A stretch of DNA of 64,000 nucleotides from Setoptus koraiensis (lineage: Eukaryota; Animalia; Arthropoda): NCBI GenBank assembly GCA_048013815.1, contig CM106586.1:17112001-17176000 (forward strand), written 5' to 3'. Below the pieces are notes generated by a model. That model saw only the letters and a list, made by a program, of their open reading frames with translations. It ran no database searches and was not told the origin of the DNA. Positions 10,501 to 25,265 of this stretch are shown here, one piece after another (the first letter of the stretch is position 1; every line of letters begins with the position of its first letter). The translations under genes and the position numbers were made by a program.

Positions 10501-13360
10501 CTGTGGTTATTTTTGGTTATTCTATCGTATGAGTGATACTAACACTCTTTGAAAGACACAAAAGAAGATGAATAAAGCTTTATGTTGTGGTGACAAAATG
10601 ATACTTTCTAAAGGTACGATTGAATTTATAAATATTTTGTGTATTCTAGTATTGTCATTCATCTATTAACTCCAACTTGTGGTTCATGATAGTAGCTGTT
10701 GATGTTGCTGTCGTCCAGGAGAAATCGATGACTTATAAATCCTGCTCTATCACTTTGTGAGAGAAGGTGCCTTCTATTGTTGCTATATAATCTATACAAT
10801 TTCCAGAAATAGTGAAGGTGGCATTTGCTCTGGATGACTTGTAATGTATGGAATAAAGGCAAGAGTACAAGAGGTTGTTGCCGTCTCTGTGTCACAAATA
10901 GTGTTATTTTTCGTCGAGCTTCGAACAACTACAACACCGGTCACTAAAATGCATTAAGGTCTTGAAGTTGCTTGAGCGTTGTTTGTTGCAAACAATGATC
11001 AAATAAATTCTAGTAAATTTTAAAAGACTCACTTGGCTAACATCGATCTAGATTATTATTCAATAATATTTTCTATTTGTAGATTCATTACATCGCCAGA
11101 ATGGAGGGGGAAACATCTATATCTAATTGGCAGGGTTCGAAAATGTTAGATCGCAGTTATTTGAGCATGGAAACTAAAATAGTAACAAGTTAGTCCAAGA
11201 ACTACCACTGCCTATTATCAGCTGTTGATGCTGAATATCTCTCATCGTATGTTGCAGCTTCAACGTTGCCATAGTTGCACAACAGCACCAGCAACTATCA
11301 CCACAACAGTTCATCTTGGCTCATCTAAAAGTATAATCTAGTATCAACATGCTATTTATTTAGCCAACGGCAATAAAAGAGCAGCAATCTTATCATTTTG
11401 GACTGAATGATATTGCCCGTCAAACGGTTCATAGCTGCTTCATAAATTCATAGTAAATAGCTTGCGATGATGCTCTCCAGACACAGTTTGATCTTATACA
11501 GACACACAAAGAACTGATAATTTACTGGTGAGAAGAGGGTTTATGCTTGTCAGAAGAGTTTGATAGATTTATATCGACCGCAGCATCGGCTAGTGATGAT
11601 TGTAATCACTAATAGCAAACTTGCAAAGTCTATCTGCCAAGTAACAAATCTCTAGTTGCCAGTGGTTCAAAGTTGTTGTTGTTGCTGTCTCGAGCTCAAG
11701 GAACTGTTTTTTTTCTGTCATCAACACCATCGTCGAATTACTGCAATGTTAATGCTGGGAAAAACTCAATTCTGACGCTGCCACTTGATGGCGTCAGTCC
11801 AACAAAAGTTGATTTGTATGTTTGCTTATTTACACGTTTTATTCGTTTGCAAGATGTTGATGATTGTTTTGTTTATTTTTTCGCTACTTGTTACTTCTCG
11901 GTATTCCTACCTTTTCTCAACACTGATGTGTGCGTCTATGTGTTATTATGTAAGCTGATAACAACGTCGACAACTATAGGCGTTGATGCTGTCGTCATAG
12001 CGCGTTATATCTTGCTTGTAAGAGATAGGAAGATTGATAAGAGAAGTGATAGATAATTTGAGTTAATTTTGCTAAATTTTTGTGAATATATCTAGTTTCG
12101 AATGTGTGTACAAATAGTGCGCCTATTACTAGTAGAGCTTTGGTGGCGGTGCTGTTGTTGTTGTTTTGATTTGATTTTATTGCCTTGAATATTGCCCAGA
12201 GTATGAATAGTTTGTTTTTAGAATAAGGTGAATTCTCTTTATAAGGTTCGCTTTTAACAATCACTTCAAGAAAAAGTTTGTGTGTTTGTGTTCATATTGA
12301 ATTGTGGATTCATTCGAGACATTTGTTTTTCGTCGATATGGTAATGAGTTGTTGTTGCTGTTAGCAAGATCCTTTCTCCTATTCCATTGACAGTTGTGTG
12401 ATGCCGACAACTTGTCGCTCATTACTTTTTGGCGTGTGTTTGTCAATTGTGATATGGTCGTTGAGACGTTAGCTGTTTAGCCGGCCTTTAGCTCGATGAC
12501 ATAACAACGAACAAATATCGCAAGCACGATTGATTAAATTAAAATTCCTCTTACACAGCTAATGGCTGATGGTTGTTGATTCTGTTAGGCGCAGTTCAAG
12601 TCGACCGCTACTAGCTATATTTGCATTGCTGGACTGCTAGAAATCGTGATTGATGCTGGCTTCGCTGCCGCTGTGTAGTGTTTCTCCGAAGCGAGCATTC
12701 GCTATATTTGGATTAATTTGCGTAGGCTCCCATTGTGCAGCATGTTTGATATGACGTTGCAATATTTTTCTCGAGTGACGTAATCTCCAAACGATGACGA
12801 CCTGCTATATACAGGTATCAATGTAGCTTATTTCTAATTAGGTTAGTGCGTCGAGGCAGAAAAGGGATTTATGTTCAATTTATTCATGTCGAATCAAGTG
12901 TCCTGCATGCCGTCTCAAGCATAAGCACGTGAGATGGCTGGCATTTTCGTAAGAGCTGGCACATGTGTGAGGGATTGAGGCGAACATGTGGATAGAAAAA
13001 TTCCGTTTTGCTCGCTCTTGCGCAAAATATTCCTGTTTGTGTCTCTGTGAGCCTCTCTTGGCCTGTGCCTCACTGGCTGCGCCTCATGGTGCAATGCTCA
13101 TGCAATACCATCATAGATGGCATTGATAAACTTTGTGGCACACGCACACCGACACACGCAGGGGCTCGTGTTGGCGGCACAGTGCGCCAGGATTGTGCGT
13201 ATGTGTGTGTGTGTGTGTGATGGTGCTACCAGACAGAGCGGCGCATACATTACACAAGATGGACGCCCGGCGAACTATTATTACCGCTGGCTGGTTGTTC
13301 GCCCTTTAGCGCCGCCGCGCAACTCCACAGGCTGTGGGTAACTCACAACCATTGTGGGTG

Positions 13361-13405
13361 TTCGATTCGAAATCTGCTCGATTCGAACAGTTCGACTTAT
13401 CGAAT
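13361..13405. promoter_or_regulatory. TCGA-dense cluster (6 TCGA in 45 bp) inside a GC-richer island (about 12.9-13.9 kb) upstream of the 852-aa gene; candidate promoter element
   Basis: ttcgattcgaaatctgctcgattcgaacagttcgacttatcgaatg; the core resembles the DRE (TATCGATA). Confidence 0.3.
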
Positions 13406-15058
13406 GCAGTCTCCATTATGCAGATCTGCATCGGGTGAACATCGGTTGTTGCTACCATATATTATGTGTGTTGCGAGTCCTATACGGCAGAATGTAGCCA
13501 ATCGTTAGCGTCGCGTGTACCATTGAGGTAGGCCTGTTGGGAGAGCTTGTAGCTCGATGGGAGATTAGCCCACGACGAGCAGCGCCCTCTTTCGTGGTTG
13601 CGTTGTTAAGCGTTATTTCTATCGGCTCGTCTGTGATATTGTATTGCAAGTAGTGGCAAGTAGCTAGTGTTGGGCCGACACACATGATCGCCTTAAGTTC
13701 GCAAGTGCCTTGTGCGTGTGTCTGTCTCTACGGTATCACACAGTGAGTGTGTGTGTGTGTGTGCGTGTGTTGTGTTGTTCGTCTTGCTCAGTGGCTCAGT
13801 TCGATCCATTCGCGCATTCGTTCGTTCGTTCGTTAGACTCGCTAACACACTCACTAATGCTCGATGATACTCATGCATTCATGGATCATTCGCGATTCGT
13901 TCGATTCTATGCTAGTTAGTATATATACCACGTTCAAGATGTCGGACATTGTGAGATATTCCACCAAATTGATTATCTAGTTAACAGCAACAACAACAAC
14001 AGCTCACTGCACACACACCATAATCAAATAGTAACAAACTAATTGACGTAGATCATTGGAATATCCATCAAACCCATGACCAGTGTCGGATGCACACAAC
14101 CAACAACAAACTTCTACTCACAAAAGAAGCAAGTTTAAGCTAGGAAAAGAAAAAGAAGAAGAAGCAAAACAATAAATCACAATAAATATCATCGACTCAT
14201 GCGGCCGACAATTGTCGAATTAATACCATAATACCATTGAGATGAGATAGTAGTCACACACTCACAGCACATTGATCAGCCGGCTCAACCATCAATCTGA
14301 TAAGCGAGATTCGAATAAGAGTGAAAAAAGAGGGAATCATTCATCTTCAAACTATCAATACATATTAGCAAACAGACACACAGATAGATAGTTCAAGGAA
14401 TTCATTCATACTTAAATCACGACTAAAGATTACATCATCAATTAAAGTTGCGCAACAAACATCAATACTGAGAACTCTGGTACCTTTCAATAGTGAATCC
14501 AATTGTTGTCCTCGCAGCGCACACACACACACACTCACTCAGACGCACGAGAGAGCAAGATATAGAGAGAAACAGAGAGAGCTAACAATCTGAAAGTATA
14601 AGGGGTAGTGGATTGACGAGAAAGAAAAAAAATATTATTATATAATCATATTGGCTTCACCATCAACACTAACCAGCAACAGAAACACTTAAACTCACAG
14701 AGATGATGCAGCAACATCAGCACCAACATCAGGTTCTATTCTATTATGAATAACGAACATACTCATCACAAACTTAATACATACGCGATTGAAAGAAAGA
14801 AAGCTTCCATTGCTACCATCACCACTTAAATCGATTCAGCATATATTCGAAATTAGCCAAAAAGCACAACAAACTTTTTGGTGGATGAAGCACGATATTA
14901 AGTTATACAACATACATTAAAATACATCATCAACACTTGGCAAGTTGCAAATGAGCGACCGACTTTAGGTTTGCATTACAGCAGCTTATAAAGAAACGAA
15001 CACACCAATAGTAAACATCAAGACAGATTTATTTATTATATATAGTTGCCATATAGTC

Positions 15059-17617
15059 ATGACCTCAATTGATTCTCTAAAGAATAACGAAAGAAAGTAT
15101 AACCAATCCACCAAAATGATCATCAACCAAGTACAAATTGATTGCACCAAAGTTATAGTTATACTATTAACTATATCATGTTTGCTCCTAGAGTCTGTGC
15201 TAACGAAAACTAGCACCAAAGTTAAATGTTACTCACCTTCATCTCAAATGTGGTACTTTACTGAAGTAGACGAATTGGGATCAAACACCCAGCAACAAAT
15301 ATCACAACAGACCCCTTCAGTCCATACTTCGAATATTAATAGCGACAATCATCAGCTAAATAAACCTAGTGTAGATTCGGCTATAAATGATAATGCTCGA
15401 CTTTCATTTGTCTCCGGGAATGGGGTTGATGAGTGCTATTTTGTCAAAGAGAATTTCATTAATGGCAATCATGCCACTTATGTTGAGCCACCGGCAGATT
15501 TTAAGCCAATTATTTATGATCAAAATCAGCAACAACATCAACAGAATCTCCAAAAAGAAAGATTAGATGAGGAACAGTTCGATCACCAACAACAGTTGAA
15601 TAACAACCAAATTTCTGCATCTGCTTCATCGCTAGTCCCTATACTAGTTTCTCCATCTCCAGTTAGAAAGTCTTCATCTCCCACCAGTGACAACTTTGTA
15701 AGAAATAATCCACATCAAATCCCCATGCGCTGGTCGGAATGGAAAGACATGAGTATTGAACCAGAGTTTGCCGCTTCTGTCACAGATAGTGAATTTGGTG
15801 ATAGAGAATCACATAGTTCAACCCTTAAAAAGCCCAACAGTCCATCAGTATCTTCATCTCATTATCAATTAATTAGCTTCAATGATGATTCGCCATTTCC
15901 AAAAAGGACTAATAGCGGTAATTTAAAGAACGAGAATGACGAAGACAAAGATATTCTAATAACAGCAGATGCTAATTCTATAGATGCTAGCTTGGCACCA
16001 TCAACAGTTCTGTTCAGGAAAAGGCCCACACAATCGATTGTAAACGCCAACATTCAAAGACCATCTCCAATACAGACTACCTATTACGTTGTAACTCCAG
16101 AAGAAGCGTTGAAATTAGAACTTAATGGTGCTAATTCAGATAAAGAAAATCACTCAGATCAATCTTCTAGTGTTTCACAGCAGACACCAAACCCAAATAC
16201 ACTGTCAGATATACTTACACCAAACGTTAATATGATCCATCCAAAGAATCCATCCAATGGCAATGATCTAACTACATTCGATGATGAGAAGCCTGTAATC
16301 ATGGTGCCGCCGGCCATGTATCGTAAAAGAGTAGGCTCTTCATTAAAGGTTGTAACTATACAAAGGAACGCTAAGAAGCATGTAAAAAAGTCCACGCTAG
16401 ACAACAGAGTATTTAGTCATGGCCAAGATGAACCTGTACAATATCCGCACCCTGCAACAAAGTTATCGACCTCTGCCGATTCTAACAGTTTAAGTCAACT
16501 AAATGGAACATTTGGAGAGCTTCTCTTAAATTCTGCTCAAAAGTTTCCATCTCCATCGCAATCCGTATCAGCTCCGGCTGTGCCATCGTCTTCAGTAGGA
16601 CAAAAATTCTCTCATAATCTCAATTATGGTTATAATGGTACCAAAGCCAATAACGGTGGTAGAAATGGCAGTTCCAGGAAGAGCAAGCGGCGAAGGAAAT
16701 CAAAGAGCAACAAGGAAGTCAGGTTATTACTGCATTCTAATGCCTTAGTTTCTAAATCAGATGCTAAGATTAGCCAACAGCAGCAGCAGCAGCAATACCA
16801 ACCGTTGCAGCTACAGCAACTAGTTGCAAGCTCATCATCAAATGGTCAAACGTTATCTAAATTAGAAACAACAGGTAACAACAACATGAATAGTAGAAAT
16901 GTCCGCAATTCTGGCAGCACTCTATACAATAATGTAGCTTTAGCTAATTTACAACAGTTTAAGCAACATCAAGCTGCTCCGCTACTACCTTCAGCTCATG
17001 ATAATTCAATATCGATAGCTAGATCGAGTCAACTAAATGTAGCCAATGGTATACACCAGCAAAGACAACATCATCAACAACTTAATTACGACCCACAACA
17101 ATTAGTGTCTGTAGATAGCAGAAGACAAGCAGCCTCTCATTCGGTGGTACACGAATCAAAGTTGAGAAATATCGCCGGAGAACCGATGATACAATCTCAA
17201 ACACTGAGAGAAACAAGTATAGCTAAGCCAGTTAATAGAGCCGGTGATGTGATTACTAATAAACATAAATTACTGCCGAAAGATGCTGCTACGGATGGTA
17301 AAAGCTTGAGTTCGCAAGATCAAACCCATACAGTCGAAAGAAGCAGAAGAAATAGAATTCGAACCCTATTGCCAGTTGGATTAACATCGTGGTTTTTAGG
17401 GGGCATTCGTGATTTAGATGGTCGTCATTGGCATCTCCCAGCAAGCGTCATGGACAAATTGTCTGTGAATGATGTAGATTTTGCGCCTGTTGCTGCGCCA
17501 TCTTTAAAAGTAGAAACACTTGGAGTGACTTCTTCTAATGTAGATAGTGATACTCGCGTGGGCAACAACTCATTGAAAAAGCACACAAAAGATTACGAGT
17601 TTATCAATCCTAGATAA
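15059..17617 (+). CDS. Uncharacterised 852-aa low-complexity (S/N/Q-rich), probably secreted or membrane-targeted protein; intronless
   Basis: A 2.56-kb uninterrupted ORF in AT-rich DNA. Hydrophobic segment VIVILLTISCLLLESVLT follows M20. No recognisable domain. Confidence 0.75.
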   Translation: MTSIDSLKNNERKYNQSTKMIINQVQIDCTKVIVILLTISCLLLESVLTKTSTKVKCYSPSSQMWYFTEVDELGSNTQQQISQQTPSVHTSNINSDNHQLNKPSVDSAINDNARLSFVSGNGVDECYFVKENFINGNHATYVEPPADFKPIIYDQNQQQHQQNLQKERLDEEQFDHQQQLNNNQISASASSLVPILVSPSPVRKSSSPTSDNFVRNNPHQIPMRWSEWKDMSIEPEFAASVTDSEFGDRESHSSTLKKPNSPSVSSSHYQLISFNDDSPFPKRTNSGNLKNENDEDKDILITADANSIDASLAPSTVLFRKRPTQSIVNANIQRPSPIQTTYYVVTPEEALKLELNGANSDKENHSDQSSSVSQQTPNPNTLSDILTPNVNMIHPKNPSNGNDLTTFDDEKPVIMVPPAMYRKRVGSSLKVVTIQRNAKKHVKKSTLDNRVFSHGQDEPVQYPHPATKLSTSADSNSLSQLNGTFGELLLNSAQKFPSPSQSVSAPAVPSSSVGQKFSHNLNYGYNGTKANNGGRNGSSRKSKRRRKSKSNKEVRLLLHSNALVSKSDAKISQQQQQQQYQPLQLQQLVASSSSNGQTLSKLETTGNNNMNSRNVRNSGSTLYNNVALANLQQFKQHQAAPLLPSAHDNSISIARSSQLNVANGIHQQRQHHQQLNYDPQQLVSVDSRRQAASHSVVHESKLRNIAGEPMIQSQTLRETSIAKPVNRAGDVITNKHKLLPKDAATDGKSLSSQDQTHTVERSRRNRIRTLLPVGLTSWFLGGIRDLDGRHWHLPASVMDKLSVNDVDFAPVAAPSLKVETLGVTSSNVDSDTRVGNNSLKKHTKDYEFINPR

Positions 17618-17700
17618 CGGTTTCTTCATCATCAAAGATTTTGATCAGTCAAAAGAAAGAAAGAAACACACCAACTAATCATCTATCTAATTTGAAAAGT

Positions 17701-17785
17701 AAATTATATGTATTATTATTATATATATATATATTATATATGTATATATAAATTATATATATAGATATATTATATATTAAATTAA
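17701..17785. repeat. AT-rich low-complexity (TA)n tract between the convergent 3' ends of the 852-aa gene and Elongin B
   Basis: Nearly pure A/T run of tatatat units. Confidence 0.8.
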
Positions 17786-17793
17786 AAATCGTT

Positions 17794-18111
17794 TCAAACG
17801 CAATTTTGTGATGGTGCTTGCATGACGGCTGGTAATTCGGGGGGCTCACTGTACGGGGTTACTTCTAACACACTATCTTCCCGCAGCATGAGTCCTATAG
17901 TGGCGGGTGACTGGGCCCTGGCTTGACTAAAATAATTTGTCATGGGGTGACTGTCAGCCATGACTTGGTGTTCATATATCAGTTTTTGTTCCTCTGGTGG
18001 CCTCTTGGTGATGCCGGCTATGACCATTTTGACATCCAAAACTGTGGCAGTATCCTTGACATCTATAAACATAGTTGTCTTCTGACGTCTCACCATGAGG
18101 AATAAATCCAT
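17794..18111 (-). CDS. ELOB: Elongin B (ubiquitin-like subunit of the Elongin BC / Cullin-2/5 ligases), 105 aa, intronless
   Basis: MDLFLMVRRQKTTMFIDVKDTATVLDVK...KRPPEEQKL...ARAQSPATIGL...TPYSEPPELPAVM matches the Elongin B signature (MDVFLMIRRHKTTIF...ARPQAPATVGL...PPELPDVM). Confidence 0.93.
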   Translation of the reverse strand: MDLFLMVRRQKTTMFIDVKDTATVLDVKMVIAGITKRPPEEQKLIYEHQVMADSHPMTNYFSQARAQSPATIGLMLREDSVLEVTPYSEPPELPAVMQAPSQNCV

Positions 18112-18835
18112 TGTTATTTAATTCAAGATATAATAATCTAGATGATATAATAATCTTCTAACCACAATTTTATTGTTTGTTTTATCTGATGGTAATGATG
18201 AAATTTTAGCTATTGCATAACACACCGATTGAAATTGCAGAATTTATATGTGTGTTCGAAATGCTAAAATAAAATGTGCGCTATTTATGAAAATCCCCAG
18301 CCCACTGTCACTCATGGAGCGAACAGTAGGGTGGGCGCAGTGCGCACATGAAACAGAGTTGGCTTTTCGCACCGAGTTCGCACTTGTTTTCTCTTGCTAG
18401 TTGAAATAGATGCGAACTGTTGTGCCGCTAGAGGCGCTGTAAACTCGAGCGCCACAAGCACAAGTGCGGTCAAAAAGCGCTCTCTAACGGCCTATCCCTC
18501 AACCAGCGCACACAGGGTGCGAAGCGAGCAAAAGCGAACAAAAGAGAACGAAAATTGAACACATGCGACGTCCAGCCGAATGCCTCTCGCACTCGCCAGC
18601 CGTTATCGATAGAGCACAACAAAATAGGAAAATCTCAAGTGCCGATGGCTCCATCTCGACTACACGGTATCAACTTGATTTGAACCCACAAGGTCCCAAA
18701 GGAGGGACGGGATGGAAATCCGATTCCTTCATTTCTCTCAGGGAGCTCAAATTCTCGAAACTAACGATTTTTCAGCCGGTGACAACCTTGAAAAATGCTA
18801 AAAGGCAACCAGCACGATAGAGACAATATCATATC
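18112..18835 (-). promoter_or_regulatory. ELOB upstream region/5'UTR, a diverged copy of the PSMA7 upstream region; includes a perfect DRE TATCGATA at 18604-18611
   Basis: Colinear blocks shared with 20108-20525, including tcttctaaccacaatt, tgatgaaattt, aaatgtgc-ctattt-tgaaaatc, catgga-cgaacag and gccgatggc-ccatctcgactacacggt. Confidence 0.8.
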
Positions 18836-18899
18836 TTGCACTGAGTAAATTTATCTGATACATTTTCGTAATATTATATGTATATATAAGTAGCATAAA

Positions 18900-20525
<1,626 letters not shown>

Positions 20526-21337
20526 GATGTATAGTAGTTTTATTTAACCTTAATTGTTTAATTTTGGTATATTCTATAGGATCTGGCAATATCCTTGTTA
20601 TTTAACCCGAAAGCCGCGAAGATCTGCACACAACCACCCCCATACAAGTATCCGCAAGCGACCGCTCATACCTTCACACAGCCGCACTACACGCGCTGCG
20701 ACGCACGCCTCTTTCAGTGAGCTAAAGTGCGCTGCGTCCACTCTGATGTAAACTACCCAACAAACAAGACGGAATGCAAACTCAAACAAATTAAATCAAA
20801 ACTTTGAACCAATCTAGCCAAAATGACGATTGAGCGATATTTCAGAATACTTAATAGTAGAATTTATTATCATGTGTATCACAATTTTTTAAGCATAATA
20901 AAATATAAATTATTATTCTTGAAACGTCTGTGAACAACTTAATGTGTTGTTCGGTAGGGAGCTAGGGACAATCTGTCATGATGCCACTTCAGTTTGGTGA
21001 AACCCGAGTGGGCACCTAATCATGCTCGGTGGGCTCTCACAAGAACTCAGTTAACTCTTCAGAGCCAATTGTTGACCAATTCTTGTTTCGCTGACGCGTT
21101 ATGACAGATAACTTGTCTTTGACATAGGGGCAGCATTTGCGTTTCTTCATTGCTATTATTTGATAGCTTCATAATTGCCATGATAGTTGACCGTCGACCG
21201 ACAATTCTATAACAATAATATGCCTGATAGTGAATTGTTAAATCCGTCAGTGTGAGCTATGCCCTTTGGAAAACTATTATAACAAATTATTATTGAGACT
21301 AGTTGATTTGATAGTATGTGCCAATCTAATTATCGGC

Positions 21338-24300
21338 TTAGACCTGCGACACCGCCGAGCTTGGCTTCTTTACAGATGCATAGCCATCAGTGTTGACCGT
21401 CTGTTGGTACCCGTTGTCGGTTTCACCAACACTTTGTTCATGGTGATGATGCGACTGATCCACTGACGTCCAAGGTGACGGCGGCTGTTGCTGATTCGCG
21501 TAATAACAACTGTTTTGTACATTATTTGATATTGTTTGACCATAAATGGATGATGCTTGATTCTCTAATTGCTGTTGTTGCTGTGTGGCTGCAGGCGAAC
21601 TATCAAATTGATGATTCTGGTTGTAATAAACATATTGCGGTGGAGCTTGTTGCATGAAGTCATCCAACCTGTCTGATGGACTATTATCGTACATGATAGC
21701 CCTACTTCCGACAATGTTCGTCGTTGTGCCCTCAATCTGATGAGGTGAATTTCTGTGGTGATGGTTGCTTGATGAGCGCAAGATATTGTTCGATCCGTTG
21801 GGGATAACGTTATTCAATTGCTGTTGCAATCTTTGTTGCAATTGTTGATTAATATAACTTTGTCGATCTAGGTGATGATTTTTAACATTGGTAGTTTTGC
21901 TAGTAGCAGTAGCATAGTTGTCGTCCCTATCTATTGCTGGGCTAGTGTTATTAAGTTGTTTATGATTAGGCAAGTCCGTCAAGCCAAGCATTGATGGCAC
22001 TAAGGTAGTGTGATCTAAATTCTCAATTCTCATAACAGGCGGTATTTCGTTGCGTTCTTTAGCTTGTTTTACCTTGTCGTAATGACTCAGTAATATATCC
22101 GCTGGCCAAGACTGAACTGGACTAATCGCAGTTACCAAGCCAGGGTTTTGTTGTTGCTGTTGATTATCAACAACTGTAGCAGGAGTAGCATAGTCTCTAG
22201 ATATAGATAGTTTTTCTTGTGATATAGAACGGGGCAACATCAATCCGTTTGCAACACCATTGTGAATGGAATCTAATTTAGATAAAGTACCCACCAGACT
22301 GTGATGGTGATGATGGTGGTGGTAGAGATGATGTGATTGTTCATTTTGATGATTGACAGTTATACTGGAGGAAACCGGCGAGGGCAATGTATTATGTAGG
22401 CGATGTAGGTATGGCATGTTGATGTTCAAGGTAGATATATCATTGCCTAAATTACTGTAGTGCTGCTGATGGTGAATACCATTTGATAACTTGGTGCCAT
22501 TGTTTGTTGGCAAAGATATCTTACTTATTTCGACATCCTGGCCGCTCTGGCTGCTTGCAGCCGACGACGCTATGTCACTGTTGCAGCCACTCGTTGATGA
22601 GGAAGCCGACGAATTGTTACCGGCTACCACTTTGGTTTCTTCACTGTTGTTTGACATAATTGAAGATTTGTTTTTTGAATTATACAAACAGCATCCCACC
22701 GCGGCAAGCGATACAACGGATATGAATGCCGCTACAGTTATTGCTGTCATGACAACTAGACTCTCGAGCATACCGACATTACCATTTCTACCATTGCCGG
22801 AACCTATATCATCAAGCAGGGATGCATCTCCGTTGTAACCATTTATTGCACCGGTGCCAAATTGATTGTATGAATCATCCAGATATGTTATGTTTTTAAC
22901 CAAAACAAATTTAACTATATTCGAATAATCGCTAACAATACCAAGATTGTTGTATGTACGCATTACTATGTAATAGGTTCCCTCTTTAGTATATGGTAGG
23001 CGTAATACAACCTCTTTGTTGCCACCATAATTAGAAGCCAGCGGAAAAGACCCATCAACGTTTAGACTATTGTAACTGACAACATTAATGTTGTCTTTGA
23101 GGGAGTTGATGTCTTCGAATGATTTGATCTCATATCTTGCTTTGTTTTCATTAGAATTGTCCCCATTTCCGTTCTTCAAGGAATTATTATTTGTGTTCAC
23201 GTTATAGTCGTACCTTGATTGGCTTCCCTGTCCCCTCGTACCCTTGATTACTTTCGCATGCTTTGAGGTTGATCTTGTCATCCTCTGTTGGCTATTCTTT
23301 GGCACCAGTAAGTCACCTTCGGGATCGATAGGCCCCTGATTATCTGTACTATTAGTGGTAGTGGCGGGCGAGTTCGACGATCGTGTACTTGATGAGGCAA
23401 TAGAGTAAGAAGACATGTCGACCATGGGCTCTGACCATTGCACAGTTACCTTCCTTTGAAAGCGATCCACTTTGGTGATACGTAGATTGTTGACCTTTGC
23501 CGGTTTTTGCTCGACCAGTTTATTACTTTCGTCAATGTAAAATGTACCGCAGTACAATTGTCTGCTAAGATATCTGGTATTTGCCAACTGCTTTTGTTGA
23601 ATTGGTGGTACAAAACTTCCACAACATGGAGTGTCTGAGTATTGATCCGTTCTCTGTTGTTGTTTTATGGAATTTCGTTGCTGCGGCACATAAGTCTGCT
23701 GCCAAATATCCTGATGATGGCCCTCAGTAGATATTCTTGGCGTGGTAGATCTAGTTGATTGGTTGCTGGATGGCTGACGATAATTAGTTATGACGTCGTA
23801 ATCATTTTGCGTCAAAGGATCAGCTAAATAATCCTGATTCATTTGACCACTAGCATTTGGGTTAGCGGGTGCGGTCAAATCGACAAACACCTTATAATAA
23901 CCGGCTTTCTGAGCTCTGACAACATATTGCGAATGAATTCCATCGCCTTGAGTGATATCTGGCATTCCAAGACCATCGTCTAGCATTTCAACGTTTTGAA
24001 CAATGTCACCAAAGTCGTCGTGGACTTCCATTCGAGCCGCTACGTCTTGCACATAAGGCATACTGTGATCGTTATTTGTTTCTACAAAAACTCTAATAGA
24101 TTTCAATGAGGTAGTTTGTTTTGATGGGTTACTTTGTTGCTGTTCATTTGTGGTACTATACTGTTGTTGGATCCAACAGTTTCCAATTGTAGTGTTACCT
24201 TGACTGTTCACTTTTGCGATAGCTATTGCTGCTGTCTGAATGGGCAAATCTGAACTAGGGCTACTAGCACTCAATAGCCAAGTTCCCGTTTCCAACGACT

Positions 24301-25265
24301 GTTGCTTAAGATGGAATCCTGCAATTTTCAATTGTTGCCTTTGGTCTATCAAATCGGTGTTGTTTTCTCGGTCTTTCAATAGTTTGCCACTAGGCGATTT
24401 GAGTTGTAAGTTTGCAATTCCAAATTTCTTTAATTCAATGAAGCCCACGATAATCTCATTTTCGATAGTTGAGTCTAAATCAAAGTAGAATTTTAGATCA
24501 GTTCCATTGACACTTCGAGTTTTCAATGTAATATATGAATCGTGTTGGTCCCAGGAATGGCCTTTGCCCATATATTCAAATATTTCAAAGAATTGCAACA
24601 GTGTTGTCATTTTAACATTGCCATCAGCATCCAAATGTTCCTTGATGATGTGTACTTTTGCATCGAACAACTTCTGAACATAAGACAATTTTTTTATGTA
24701 TGCGTTGTGCTGATACTCATCGGATGATCGCTGGAATGGATATATGATGAGATGAAGACCGAGGCGCTCTGATCTTAGAGTCTTGGCTAGCTCACCAATT
24801 TGATACTCATCCTCGATGAAGTTACCGCTTGTTATTATTACCAGATCGCAATCCATATCGAGAATTGTGCTTCGTTCCATCCAGAGGTTTTGGGCTTCGC
24901 TCAAGATTTTAGCAAAACTGCATTGTGACTGCTCGTTTCCCAATTCTCCAATGGTTGTGCCTGGCTCATTGAAGGGGGGCACTCCAGGCGAATATAATTG
25001 AAGACGCGAATCCAGATTGCTGTCCAATCGCCTGAATGGCCTACGATGCGATTGTTCTCTACCAAACCAAACAACAGCTACATCACTGTTGGCTATCAAA
25101 TCAAAGGCCAAAAATTTTCTAATAGCAGCATCCAGAAGTTCACTCTCCATTCGTTTGGAATTATCCATCAAAGTGTTGGTGTATTCGACCCCAATAATGA
25201 ATCTGGGTGGCTCTTCTTTGATAAACCGGAAATTGGTTGGCGGTAATCTATTGAAGGCGATTTGA
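21338..25265 (-). CDS. CLCA: CLCA-like protein exon 5 (degenerate VWA, beta-rich/FnIII-like region, TM helix, long disordered cytoplasmic tail); full gene 37128-21338, 1788 aa
   Basis: Phase-2 acceptor gacag at 25266-25268. MLDDGLGMPDITQGDGIHSQY is the CLCA DDGxGADxxKxDGIYS motif, and YYIVMRTYNNLGIVSDYSNIV is the FnIII end. TM segment VVMTAITVAAFISVVSLAAVGCCLY. Confidence 0.9.

Noticed and set aside
11500-12450. Short minus- and plus-strand ORFs
   Set aside because: Multiple stops and frameshifts, and no recognisable motif.
13524-13531. let-7-like TGAGGTAG
   Set aside because: Only the 8-nt seed matches; the remainder differs and no precursor hairpin is evident.
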